Below are positions 1 to 12,099 of a DNA stretch of 64,000 nt, piece by piece. The position numbers and the translations under genes are program-made. The stretch is from Torpedo marmorata (Eukaryota), in NCBI GenBank assembly GCA_977017645.1, contig OZ360245.1, positions 6,944,001 through 7,008,000 of the forward strand, given 5' to 3'. A model generated the notes under the pieces. It had not been told where the DNA came from, made no database searches, and worked only from the letters and a program-made list of their open reading frames with translations. Within the stretch, counting starts at the first letter, position 1. Every line of letters begins with the position of its first letter.

Positions 1-173
1 ACCCAATCTCTTTTTAATTTCTGATGCTCAACCTCTGTTAAATGAGTTTCCTGTAGAAAAGCTATATCTACTTTCAACTTTTTCATGTATGCCAAAGTTC
101 TTTTCCGCTTTATTGGATTATTAAGCCCATTTATATTAATACTTACTAAATTTATACTTTTAGAATCCATCAT
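1..173 (-). mobile_element. L1-clade LINE, start of ORF2 (APE endonuclease N-terminus), runs off the window edge
   Basis: Manual minus-strand translation from ATG at 173: MMDSKSINLVSININGLNNPIKRKRTLAYMKKLKVDIAFLQETHL, containing the NxNG and LQETH motifs of LINE endonucleases. Confidence 0.85.
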
Positions 174-682
174 AATCACATTGTAATCTTTGTCTATCTA
201 TCATTTCTATTAGCGATTCCCTCCAAAATTGCATCTTAACTATTCTCTCCTCAAATGAAACAAAAGAAAGAAAAAGAAATAATAAAAAAAACCCTTTAAG
301 AAAAAACACAGATAACTCAGTGTTACCCCCCTCCATTGTGTATTTTAAATATGTTCATAGCTGACTTCTTTTATTGATTTTGTTAAGAGTGATAATGGAT
401 AGGTTAAAAAAAATACAATAAATTCTCAAAACATGGTTGTGACATGAACCTGTAAAACTAAGTACCTCTTTACTCAAAGGCAAATATTTTTACTGCATAA
501 TGTCTCACTGATTTATTTGAATGCATAAAAAGTATTAAAAATGCTGACATTTTCACATCAAAGACCAGCCTATGTCTTAGAAAAAATCTCATTTTATAAT
601 GTAACAAATATGAAAATGACATGAGGCTACGATCTGCTTTCATACAGCGAACCATTGATAACTTGCCAGTTTTAATAGAGCC

Positions 683-950
683 ATAGTGAAACAGCATGCA
701 AACAGGTCTTTTCGCTCAGATGGTTTATGTCGATCAGGTTCCTTACCTGAGCTAGTGCCATTTCCCTTTTCAACCCATAATCCTTTAAACCTCTCCTCTC
801 CTTGTACCTGTCTAAATGTCTTCTAAACATTGTAATTGTACCCACCTCGATTGCTTCTTCTGGCAACTCATTCCACATACCCATCACCCTTTGTGTGAAA
901 AAGTTGCCCCTCAGGTCCTTTTTAAATCTTTCCTCTCTCACATTAAATCT
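683..950 (-). mobile_element. CR1-like LINE 3' fragment
   Basis: Translation RGNFFTQRVMGMWNELPEEAIEVGTITMFRRHLD matches the CR1 ORF2 C-terminus. Confidence 0.8.
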
Positions 951-1052
951 GCGGCTGAGGAACACACAGGCTGCGAGCTGCAGGCAACTGCGGTCGTGGG
1001 ATTTACACCAGGCAGCGGACTGCTGGAAACTGGCTCGAGATTGGGGTACCAG

Positions 1053-4000
1053 TGTGGTAAACCACTGTATATGTATTGTGGGCTGGTGATAGGTTTGGAC
1101 ATGCCCTGCTGACTGTCCCGGTGGCTCCTCCCCCTACCCCCCTTGAATAAAGGCCATTGTGCCACAACTCCTCCCCCAGTCCGGGACAGATCACCAGCAC
1201 GAATGTACGTCCATTCTGTAGTTAATAAAAGCCTTTCAGTTGTAGTGCAACTTCCAGTCTTTTGGAGTTATTGATGGGCGTATCAATTTTATTAACTACA
1301 TTTTGAAATGGAGAGCGTTCTGAGACCTGATAAACTGGACATCAACCCGCAGGCATCGGACGCCAGTAACGCCTTCGAACTCTGGCTAGTCTGCTTTGAG
1401 TCGTTTCTACGGGCGATCAAAGTGCAGGACGAAGAAGAAAAAACGCATGGTTCTCCTCTCTAGGGTAAGCCCTCGAGTTTACTCAACAATCCGCGACTTG
1501 CAGACCTACGAGGATGCGATGGAAGCACTGAAACGGCAGTATATGCAGCCTGTGAACTCTGTATACGCGAGGCACAGGCTAACAACGCGGCAGCAGCGGC
1601 CCGGGGAGTCGATCGCGGAGTTCGTACGGGCCATACAGACACTCGTGCGGACGTGCGACTGCAGGGCGCTGACGGCCGAGCAGCATGCAGAGTTGCTGGG
1701 GAGAGACACTTTTGTAACGGGGATCAGGTCAGTGTACGTGCACCAGCGACTGCCGGAGAATGCTGACCTGACCTTCCGTTCTGCCATGGAACTGGCCCAC
1801 ACGCTGGAGGCCGCGCTTCAGAACGCGGACGCTATTCAAGCGCGCGATCTCCAGCAGGCCCCGTGGATGCCACCGACCCCCCACCCTGCTAGCGACCCGA
1901 CTACTGCCGCCATCAGCCGTGGGCCCGAGAAATGTTATTTCTGCGGGCTCGAGAAGCACCCCCGAAAACGTTGCCCGGCCCGCGAAGCGACCTGCTCCAG
2001 CTGCGGTAAGAAAGGCCACTTTGCGAAGGCCTGCCGCTCAAAGCCGCGAGCGGGGTCGAGCAGCGCCGCGTGCGAGATTCGGGGGCGGCCATCTTATGCA
2101 CCGTCACTTCCGGTGCCGCCGTCCTACCTACCCACCGCTGCCAACACGTGCGAAGAATGGGGGCAGCTATCTTGGACCTCGTCACTTCCGGCGCCGCCAT
2201 CTTACCGACCCGACGCTTCACTTCCGGCGCCGCCATCTTACTGCCCTGACGCCAACACGTGCGACCCATGGGGGCGGCCATCTTCTTCCACTCCGGCGAG
2301 CCGACACAGGGTGCCGCTACCCCGGGACAGCGGGCACTCCATCGCGACATCGGATCAAGACAACGACCTAACACTGGCGTCAGTGACACTCGACCAGAGC
2401 GCACCCCATCAACTATCGAGGTCAATGATGGACATTCTGGTCGAGGGACACAGGACAAACTGCCTGTTCGACACAGGCAGCACTGAAAGCTTTATCCACC
2501 CTGACACAGTGCAGCGATGTGGCCTCTTGACACTGCCGGTAAGCCAAAGGGTTGCCATGGCTTCCGGGTCGCACACAACAGACATCCGGGGGGGTTGTGT
2601 GGCGACGATAGTAGTACAGGGCACGGAATACCGGGACTTCACACTATTGGTCATGCCCCGACTGTGTGCACCTGTACTACTGGGCCTCGATTTCCAGAGC
2701 CACCTCCAGAGTGTTACCATGAAATATGACGGGCCCCTCCCACCGATTACCGTCGGTAACCACCAGTTCCTCAGAAACACACCCCACACTACCTGCGGTC
2801 CAGCCACCCTCAAGATCCCGCCCCCGTCACTATTCGCCAACCTGACCTCTGACTGTAAACCTGTGGCGACCAAAAGCAGGAGATATAGCGCAGGGGACAG
2901 AGCGTTCATCAAGTCAGAGGTGAGGCGACTACTCGGGGAGGGGATCATTGAACCGAGCACGAGTCCCTGGAGGGCCCAGGTGGTCGTCGTGAAGAACGGG
3001 AACAAAAATAGGATGGTGGTGGATTACAGCCAGACCATCAATAGGTTCACGCAGCTCGACGCGTACCCCCTGCCACGCATTGCGGATATGGTTAACCAGA
3101 TAGCGCAATATAAGCTCTTCTCAACCATAGACCTCAAACCCGCCTACCACCAGCTCCCCATCTGCCGAGAAGACCGCACTTACACCGCCTTTGAGGCGGA
3201 CGGCAGGCTCTACCATTTCCTGCGCGTCCCCTTTGGGGTTACAAATGGGGTATCCGTCTTCCAGAGGGAGATGGACAGGATGGTGGACCAGCACAATCTA
3301 AAAGCCACCTTCCCGTACCTGGACAATATCACTATCTGTGGTCACGATCGCCAGGACCACGACAACAACCTCCGGAAGTTCCTCCAGGCGGCCAAAGCAC
3401 TTAATGTCACCTACAACAAGGATAAGTGCGTGTTCGGGACCACCCGACTCGCTATCCTGGGGTGTGTCGTGGAGAACGGGGTCATCGGCCCCGACCCCGA
3501 CCGCATGCGCCCCCTGTTGGAACTACCGCTTCCCCACACCCTCAAAGCCCTCAAAAGGTGCTTGGGCTTCTTTTTGTACTACGCCCAGTGGGTCCCTAAT
3601 TATGCAGACAAGGCCCGACCCCTAGTCAAGTCCACCACGTTTCCCCTTGCAGCGGAGGCATGTGAGGCTTTCAGCCTCATAAAAGGGGACATTGCCAGAG
3701 CAGCAATGCATGCGGTGGACGAGTCCATCCCCTTCCAAGTAGAGAGTGACGCGTCCGACTTCGCACTGGCTGCTACCCTCAACCAGGCGGGAAGACCGGT
3801 GGCGTTCTTCTCCCTACCCTTCAAGGCCCCGAAATTCGGCACTCCGCGGTGGAGAAAGAGGCCCAAGCCATAGTGGAAGCTATCAGGCACTGGAGGCACT
3901 ATCTCGCCGGCAAAAGGTTTACCCTGCTGACTGACCAGCGCTCAGTCGCATTTATGTTCAACAACCAACAGCGGGGTAAGATCAAAAACGACAAAATCCT

Positions 4001-5510
4001 GAGGTGGAGAATTGAACTCTCCACCTAAAACTACGATATCATGTACCGGCCCGGGAAGCTCAATGAGCCCTCCGATGCTCTATCCCGGGGGACGTGCGCT
4101 AGCGCACAGATCGACTGGTTATATGCCCTCCACTGCGACCTCTGCCACCCCGGAGTTACCAGGTTGTTTCACTTTGTGAAGGCCCGTAATCTACCGTACT
4201 CCCTAGAAGAAGTCAGGGCGATGACCAGCAGCTGCCAGGTCTGCGTGGAGTGCAAACCGCACTTCTACCGCCCTGACAGGGCACAGTTAGTTAAGGCGAC
4301 CCGCCCTTTTGAGCGACTCAGCGTCGACTTCAAGGGCCCCCTCCCCTCCACCAACCGCAACGTGTACTTTCTCAACGTTATTGACGAGTACTCGCGGTTT
4401 CCTTTCGCCATCCCCTGCCCCGATACCTCGGCCACCTCTGTCATAAGAGCTTTTCGCAAGCTCTTCACCCTGTTCGGTTTCCCCTGCTACATCCATAGCG
4501 ACCGGGGGTCCGCTTTCATGAGCGACGAGCTGAGACAATATCTGCTGGCAAAGGGGATCACCACTAGCAGGACCACGAGTTACAATCCTCGGGGTAACGG
4601 CCAGGTGGAAAGAGAGAACGCCACGGTCTGGAAGGCCACTCTCTTAGCACTTAGGTCTAAGGGACTACCAGTCTCCCGCTGGCAAGAAGTCCTTCCCGAG
4701 GCCCTCCATTCCATCTGGTCCCTGCTATGTACGTCCACCAACGCGACTCCTCATGAGAGACTCTTTTCTTTCCCCAGGAAGTCGACCACCGGGACGACCC
4801 TACCAGCATGGCTGACGTCCCCAGGGCCAGTGCTGCTCCGCAAACATATCAGGAGCAGTAAATACGCCCCAATGGTCGAGAGGGTCCAGTTAGCCCACGC
4901 CAACCCCCAGTACGCCTACGTGGTCTTCCCTGATGGGCGGGAAGACACCGTCTCCATCCGGGACCTGGCACCCGCAGGAGCACCGGAACCCGCCCCTGAA
5001 CACCCCCTTGTTACAATTACCCCCGTGCAGACACAAGACGCACCATTCGATCCCGCCACGACACCACAATCACCAGCACTTTCGCCGTCACCCGGCGTTC
5101 CGGTACCCCAAACCAGGCAGGAGGTGGCTCCGCCGCCTGCCCCATCACCACAAGTACTGCGCCGATCACGACGTCAGACTCGACCACCTGATCGACTTGA
5201 TCTATGACTGTAAAATATTTTAGATGTGTTGTAGTGTTCACTTCACCCCGCTGGACTCTTTTAAAAGGAGGGGTGAATGTGGTAAACCACTGTATATGTA
5301 TTGTGGGCTGGTGATAGGTTTGGACATGCCCTGCTGACTGTCCCAGTGGCTCCTCCCCCTACCCCCCTTGAATAAAGGCCATTGTGCCACAACTCCTCCC
5401 CCAGTCCGGGACAGATCACCAGCACGAATGTAGGTCCATTCTGTAGTTAATAAAAGCCTTTCAGTTCTAGTGCAACTTCCAGTCTTTTGGAGTTATTGAT
5501 GGGCGTATCA
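1053..5510 (+). mobile_element. Full-length Gypsy (Mag-like) LTR retrotransposon 1
   Basis: 233-bp TG..CA LTRs at 1053-1285 and 5278-5510 (about 3 mismatches); 5-bp TSD ACCAG at 1048-1052 and 5511-5515; PPT AAAAGGAGGGGTGAA before the 3' LTR. Confidence 0.97.
1308..5207 (+). pseudogene. gag-pol of element 1 (zinc knuckles, protease, RT, RNase H, integrase), lightly disrupted
   Basis: ATG at 1308 (MESVLRPDKLD); extra A at ~1440; CYFC and CSSC knuckles; LFDTGS; YLDN at the RT active-site position; frameshift ~3814; stop TAA 4026-4028; integrase HPG..CQVC, HSDRGS, GQVER; ends RRSRRQTRPPDRLDL. Confidence 0.93.
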
Positions 5511-5840
5511 ACCAGGTATTGGAACCGGGATGCGAGCGGGTGCCGAGGGCGCTGAAAGTTTCCTAATCGTGTCGGAGGTTCAGATTTGGAGCTCGGGCTG
5601 CTGATGGTTTGGATTGGACTCTGTGCGGCTGCGGGGGCTGCAGCAATGCTGGAGGCGAATCCACGGACACTCAGGGACTCTGAGGGGACTCTCTTTTGCT
5701 TCTCTTTCTCTGACTGTGAGGCACTTCAGGCCATTTCTGCTGATGGCGAATCTGTCTGCCTTAAGGCAGACAAAAGCAAATTACGTGTAATATTGCACTG
5801 TTTTTATTACATGACAATAAAGGAATCTTGAATCTTGAAT

Positions 5841-6032
5841 CTATGCTCTCCAGCTTTAGACTCACACTCTGGGAAAATGACGAAGCCATGCACCCTCATG
5901 ATTTTATATTATCTCTGGTCACCTCAAGCCTCCTATGCTCCAGGGAAAAAATGTCCAAGCCTGTCCAGCCTCTCCTTATACCTCAAGGCCTCCAGTCCCA
6001 GGAACATCCTTGTGAATATTTTCTGCACCCTT
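5841..6032 (-). mobile_element. Degraded CR1-like fragment
   Basis: Resembles other minus-strand CR1 3' segments in the window (e.g. 51240-51410). Confidence 0.55.
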
Positions 6033-6301
6033 AATTTCGCATGGCAGGGCAGGGCATGACAGGACTCGAGGCAATCTGGAGGTGGTGACGTTCTCATAGG
6101 GAAGTCAGGCATTCAAGGTGCTGTCAAAGGCACACAATTCATTTGATAGCAATCAGGTTTCAATAGTAAATAATCTAAGTAATAAATTGTAAAGCTTCAG
6201 TTATCCTTCAGCTGATTATTTATTGAGTTGATACAATGCATCAGCCAAGCAGATGACATACCCTGCAGTCATGGTGGAAGAAGAAGTGAACATTTAGTGT
6301 C

Positions 6302-6930
6302 ACACGAGACTACAGATGCTGGAATCTGCAGCAAAAAACAGTGTGCTGGAGGTAAATCACCAAAGTCTGCAGACACCATGGTTGAAGTAAAAACACAATG
6401 CTGGAGAAACTCAGCAAGTCAAACAGTGTACTTTTTAGAGCAAAGATAAAGATACATAACCAACGTTTCGGGCTTGAGCCCTTCATCAAGGTGTGAAAAA
6501 ATGTAGTCAGGCACCCGAACAAAATGGTGGGGGGAGGGGCAGAGAGAGGAGCAGGAGGTCAACGTGGTTGTGGAAGTGAGTCTGGGTGAGGTACATGGTT
6601 GTGGAGCTCGAGAAGCAGGGATTACAGATGGGGAGCAGAGAGAGAGAATCCCACAGAACTCTCTTTGGAGAGCAAAAGAGAACCTCTTCAGGGTAGACAT
6701 CCCTCAAAGAGATTTCACAGAATTTTGCAGTAGACCGAGGTAAAACACGAAAGTCTGTAGACACCGTGGTTGAAGTAAAAACACAATGCTGGAGAAACTC
6801 AGCAGGTCAAATAGTGTACTTTATACAGCAAAGATAAAGATAATGTGCTGGAGGAACTCAGCGGGTCGAGCAGCGTCAATGGGAGAAAAAGAACTGTCGA
6901 TGTTTTGGATCAGAACCCTTCACCAAGACT
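6302..6930 (-). mobile_element. Penelope-derived elements: internally deleted copy (6352-6843) nested in an older Penelope-type repeat
   Basis: Direct repeats 6352-6454 and 6739-6842 flank a short internal segment; hammerhead motif at 6460-6492; TSD TGTGCTGGAG(G) at 6342 and 6844. Confidence 0.75.
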
Positions 6931-7757
6931 CCTTCGTCAGGATCATTTAGAGCGTTGTGCGTCACCAAGCAGAGAGTTTTGATTTGGAAGCCGTCAAACT
7001 TCTTGCATTCTATGAATGCACTTACCCAGGCCAGTGGAAAGTTTCCATCATACTCCTATTGCATTTTGTAGATCATGGAGCGGCTTTGAAAAGTCAAAAA
7101 CAGTCCCCATGTCAGAATACCCAGCCTCTGACTTGATTAAATGGAAATTATAAAAGCATTATTTAATTTGATTTCCATGGATTTAGAGAGCAATATTATA
7201 AATATCTATGTGAGCTGTATATCCGTTTGCCCAAAAAATACCGAGTGCACAAAGTTTAAAACAAGGATTGGTTTTGGGCTGCTTTACTTATCATTGGATC
7301 AAAGGGATTTTTTGCAGAAACATTGGAAAGATTAATTATTAAAATAACTTAAAGATGGATTTTATGTTCAATATGCTAGACTTGCTATCCACCTCGATAT
7401 TAGAACCAGAGAATAATCAAATTAGTTAGGTGTTAGGAAGCAGTGGGTCAGAAAATGCCAAAAAAGTCACTCTTAAGTCCTCCAATTTTGTGTGTTCACA
7501 AACAGGCTGCACCTCTGTATTCCTTCATTCAGCAGATCACCACTCAGTCTTCCATCCTTTAATAAAAACAAATTTGCTTGTAGTCTCTGATCAACAACGT
7601 CTCACAGCTCAAAAGGCATAAAATCTCTTTTAAAATCCCCAGTATTCGACATCTTCTCAAAGCAGCAGGTAATTGTGAACGCAGCTGGGTCCTTTGCTTG
7701 TTGAACAACTTTTGGCTGAAATTAAAGGAAAATCGAATTTTGAGGTCGCTTTTTTGT

Positions 7758-8010
7758 GGGCAGCCTGGTTAGCGTCACAGTTAGTGCAACACTATTACAG
7801 TGCCAGCGGCCCGGGTTCGAATCCAGCACGGTCTGTAAGGAGTTTGCATGTTCTCCCCGTGTCTGCTTGGGTTTCCTCCTGGTGCTCCGGTTTCCTCTCA
7901 CCCTTCAAAACGCATGGGGGTTGTCAGTTAATTGAGGTTATTTGGGTGGCACGGGCTGATAGGCCGGAAGGGCCTGTTACCATGCTGTATGTCTAAACTT
8001 AAATTTAAAA
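7758..8010 (+). mobile_element. tRNA-derived V-SINE (HE1-like)
   Basis: A box, GGTTCGAATCC B box, V-domain GGAGTTTGCATGTTCTCCCCGTGTCTGC..GGGTTTCCTCC and CR1-like tail. Confidence 0.85.
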
Positions 8011-8834
8011 TTATGTCACTACTGTGCACCTCTTGACAATGGATCGAAGAAGACTGAGGAGGAGATTTCTAAGCAGGTTTTCAGGCTCTTCAGCACCAGG
8101 TTAAGCAGAACCACGGGATCTACTGAGGGTGTAAGTCCCTCACTATGTAGTAAATAACTGAAGGACTGAATAGATACCGCACCATAAAAAATGCTTCATA
8201 ATACAGAAAAGAAGACCAGCAGCAACTCAAGCATTTTTTCTATTTATTGTTGCGTAACTATAGTTACAGTAACCAACCTTAAAACATTTGGTTTTGCAAA
8301 AAGAAAAATTATAGGCTGAATTTAAAATAAATTAACTATAAGTTGAGCATACAGTGGGAAATTAGTTTAAATTATTAATGCTAAGACTGTTCAATGCATT
8401 AGTTAAACCACATCGTCAACTCTTTGCATAATACTCCTTATTAAAAGGATGTTCAATCTCAAGAAAAAATACACACAAGGGATTTTGACCACAAGGCATA
8501 TAACATGTGAGGAAAAAGTTAAACAAAAGATTTAAGGGGAAATTTCATTTCAGTAACTGAATATTAAACAGTTTAGATAAGGTAAATTACAAGGCCAGTA
8601 GACGAGAGAGATAGATAATAAATATAAACTAGTGAAAAGCAAATTTAGCACTCATACTCAAAGGACCTTGGGTGATATTTTTCTGAAATAACTTCTATCA
8701 GGAAGGATATTAGGGTCATTCAGAATACAGTTGGATGTTGGGTTACCAATGGAATGTCATGCAGACAGGTTCCAGGGAGCTGAAAGTATTTTATTCAGTC
8801 CTTGACCGTTTTTATTTTTCTATATTGCCTCCAG

Positions 8835-9597
8835 TGAGCTCGTTGAATGGTGTAACGACAACAACCTTGCGATCAATGTCAGCAAAACCAAGGAGATGAT
8901 TGTGGACTTCGGGAGGAAGTCAGGGGAACACGACCCAGTCCTCATTGAGGGCTCAGTAGTGGAGAGGGTCAAGAACTTCAAATTCCTGGGTGTCAACATC
9001 TCCGAGGATCTGTCCTGGAGCCTCCACGTTGATGCAATCACAAAGAAGGTTCATCAGCGGCTATACTTTGTGAGGTGTCTGAGGAGATTCGGTATGTCAC
9101 CGAAGACTCTCATAAACTTCTACAGGTGTACCGTGGAGAGCATTCTGGCTGGTTGCATCACTGCCTGGTATGGAGGCGCCAACTCTCAGGACAAGAATAA
9201 ACTCCAGAGGGTTGTTAACTCGGCCTGTGACATCACAGGCACCAGACTTCACTCCATCGAGGACATCTACATGAGGCGGTGTCTTAAAAATGCAGCCTCT
9301 GTCCTCAAAGACCCCCACCACCCAGGCCATGCCCTCTTCACTCTGCTACCATTGGGAAAAAGGTACAGGAGCCTAAAGTCGAGCACTCAACGGCACAAGG
9401 ACAGCTTCTTCCCCGCTGCCATCAGATTCCTGAATAATCAATGAACCAAAGACACTGCCTTACTTTCATGCACTATTATTTATATTTTCTTATAGTAATG
9501 TCGTAAGATGGTAATAATATGAATGTTAGCACTGTGATGCTGCCGCAAAATACCGAATTTCATGACTTGTTCATGACAATAAATTCTGATTCTGATC
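8835..9597 (+). mobile_element. Rex-Babar clade LINE, 5'-truncated
   Basis: ORF 8896-9444 [27 protein letters not shown]; tail TGACAATAAATTCTGATTCTGAT; closely similar to 60935-62152. Confidence 0.88.
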
Positions 9598-9984
9598 TTT
9601 GGCTTTTACCAGCCCATACTTTTTACTTCCCCAGTCCATAAAATACATTCATCTCACACAGACAGTAATTTAGAGACAATTACTATGCCTCAGACTTAAC
9701 ATAATGAGAGAAATGGAAAATAAGCAACTTATAAGCACAGAGTTGAATGAAAGTTAAGAATGGCACATTCATGTTTTTGTCTCTAAAAAAACCATGGAGA
9801 TTTATTTTACACGGTTTTACCTTCAGCCTGATAGTTATAGCAGCAGAAATAGCAATAGGGCAATCTTTTTCTCAGAGCATTTCTTCAATCTAATCAGTCT
9901 TTAGAATGCCTGACTGTTGCATTCAAGTCTCACCCACTTATCGTTAATGTAGGGAATTTCTATTGAATTTAACATTTTTAAAAC

Positions 9985-10207
9985 ATTATTCAGAACACAA
10001 TAGAAGCCGATTCCAGCCATTGAAACCTGTACTGCCCAATTAATCAACTGACCTCTGTATGTTTTTGGAGGGTGGAAGGAAACCAGAGCACCAAGAGGAA
10101 ACCCTCGCAGGTCAGGGGGTGAACGTACAAACTCCTTACAGACAGCGCTGGATTCGAACTCGGGTCGCTGCCGTTGTAATGGCGATGTGCTAACCGCTAC
10201 ACTAACC
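9985..10207 (-). mobile_element. tRNA-derived V-SINE
   Basis: Reverse complement of the family at 7758. Confidence 0.8.
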
Positions 10208-10554
10208 TTCTGGAAGGGAACTGCTGCACTGACCTGGAAGGGAACTGAAAGATAAGAAAGGTGGAGTATCAGCATCAAATTGCTCTGAATCACTTGGGAG
10301 TCATGAATATCTGAAAAGTAGGTGGGTAGGCACATCTGTAAAGGAGTCACCTTGATGTCCCTTCCTTTCATTTAAATAGACAATCCACCAACAGTTAATT
10401 TACAGTATTAAGTGCTCAAAACTCATTTTGCATGAATTCCTGGTGATACTTTGGGAAGCCATGGAAAATATCTCCAACAGTGTTCTGATACAAAAAGTAA
10501 TAAAAGCAATGTCCTATCTACCTGTTATAGTCTAACCCTCACTTCTTCACCGAG

Positions 10555-10950
10555 GCCATCCGTAATTGGAGGTTCAACACCTAACATTCCGTCTGGGCAC
10601 TCTCCAACTGGATGGCATTAAAATCGACTTCTCCGGTTTCCATTAGGCCCATCCCCTGTATCCCTCCCTTCCCCATCCTTCTGTCTCCTTTCCTCCAGCT
10701 CTCCATCCCCTTCCCTCTCCATTCACAGAGCTATCCCCTTCCCCTATCACCTCTCTTCTGCCCTCCCACCCTTGTCCACCTATGACCTCTTGCCTGTGGG
10801 CCTGTGCCCCTCCCCTGCCCCTCCCCCAACCATTTTATTCAGGTACCTGCCTGCTTTTAGCTCACAACTTGATGAAGGGCTCAGGCCCGAAACGTTGGTT
10901 ATGTATCTTTATCTTCGTGACTTGCTGAGTGCCTCCAGCACTTTTGTGTC
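10555..10950 (+). mobile_element. Penelope-like 3' end/pLTR with hammerhead motif
   Basis: GIY-YIG C-terminal remnant (LEVQHLTFRLGTLQLDGIKIDFS) followed by CTTGATGAAGGGCTCAGGCCCGAAACGTTGG at ~10868-10898. Confidence 0.8.
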
Positions 10951-11563
10951 GACCTCTTCAGACGCTTGATAGACTAATTTTTTTATTGCAAAGGAAAATC
11001 CACAGAACTGTGTGTAACCATACCAAGTATTACCATTCTGCCCCACTTCCAATGCTATCCTCAATTATCCTCCTCCCCTATCACACTTAATGAAGAGTAA
11101 AATCAGGCTGAATAGAAAACCGAGTAGAGCCAAACATCTTGCTTTCCTGACAAGTGCAGTAGGTTGAAATCATCTCGTATGATATGGCCATTGCCTCCAA
11201 AAATGCAGCAAGTCCTCTGGTGAGTTTTTATGACAGGTCTCCAATCTGAATTATTAACTGTTTTGCTCTCCATTGGCACCGCTTGCACTTCTGAGCATTT
11301 CTTGCCTTTTCTGTTTTTATTTCAGATTTCCAGCATTTGCTGCACTTTGCTTTTTGGAGCAAGTCCACGTTTGTTCAGGTTGTCATACTCTCACTAAAAA
11401 CATTTGTCAATTAAAAATAAAAAGTGGGGTGAAATTGGCACGGCCGCTGAAGGGAAAAGTTTTGCAGGCAACATTTCCAAGTTGCAGCATAAAAAAAGAA
11501 TGATTTGCATGGAGGTTTCAAGCCATGAAATTTGCATATGCTGCTCTCACTTTACTCTATCAT

Positions 11564-11602
11564 TCAGAGAGGTCCATATCCTGCCGACATTAATGCTGAC
11601 TC
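11564..11602 (-). CDS. Host gene, putative last coding exon (ESALMSAGYGPL*)
   Basis: Strong acceptor TTTTCTTTCTTGTCTTCTTAAACAG; phase 0 joins exon 24822-25022; TGA at 11566-11564. Confidence 0.65.
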   Translation of the reverse strand, partial: ESALMSAGYGPL

Positions 11603-11699
11603 CTGTTTAAGAAGACAAGAAAGAAAATTATTGCTTATTGAATGCATCTGAGCTTCTGTGGAATTTATAATTTAGATATCCATCATATCAAAAATAAAG

Positions 11700-12020
11700 A
11701 AAGCCTTGCATTTATAAGGGTTTTGCACTCAGTGAAGTAGCTTTGAAATTCAGTTACTGCTGTAATGTAGTAAATCTACCACATGATAATGATTAGATAA
11801 CCTGTATTTAATTGTTGGTTGAGGGATAAGCATTGGTCAGGACATCAAAGTGAATTCTCATGTTCATCTTCAAATTTGTTCGTAAGAGGACAGGCAGTGC
11901 ATCGGTTCATGAATAATGTTGTCACTGAAGTGTTAGCCTCTACTTTGCTGCTCAGATCAAGCTGCTAGGGACCAGGACCAAGGACTTTAGAATTCAGAGG
12001 CAAGAGTGTAACCCCCTAAG
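11700..12020 (-). mobile_element. Old DeuSINE/SacSINE1-like SINE
   Basis: Degenerate resemblance to the Deu-domain SINE body and TATAAATGCAAG tail; related to 56350-56580. Confidence 0.5.
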
Positions 12021-12099
12021 TATTCAGTTCCAAGAGAATGCTAGCATCTCAGGGTTGTATGTGATGTCATGTATGTACTCTGACAATAAATCTGAAATC

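Larger units (their letters stand above)
950..5840 (+). mobile_element. 5'-truncated GC-rich non-autonomous retroposon (950-1052 plus 5511-5840), split by the Gypsy insertion
   Basis: Both halves are collinear with the copy at 16509-17352; ends TGACAATAAAGGAATCTTGAATCTTGAATCT. Confidence 0.8.

Noticed and set aside
7559-7715. Minus-strand acceptor followed by 51 open codons (QKLFNKQRTQLRSQLPAALRR...)
   Set aside because: Lies beyond the preferred stop at 11564; joining it needs another frame and a frameshifted exon; no independent support
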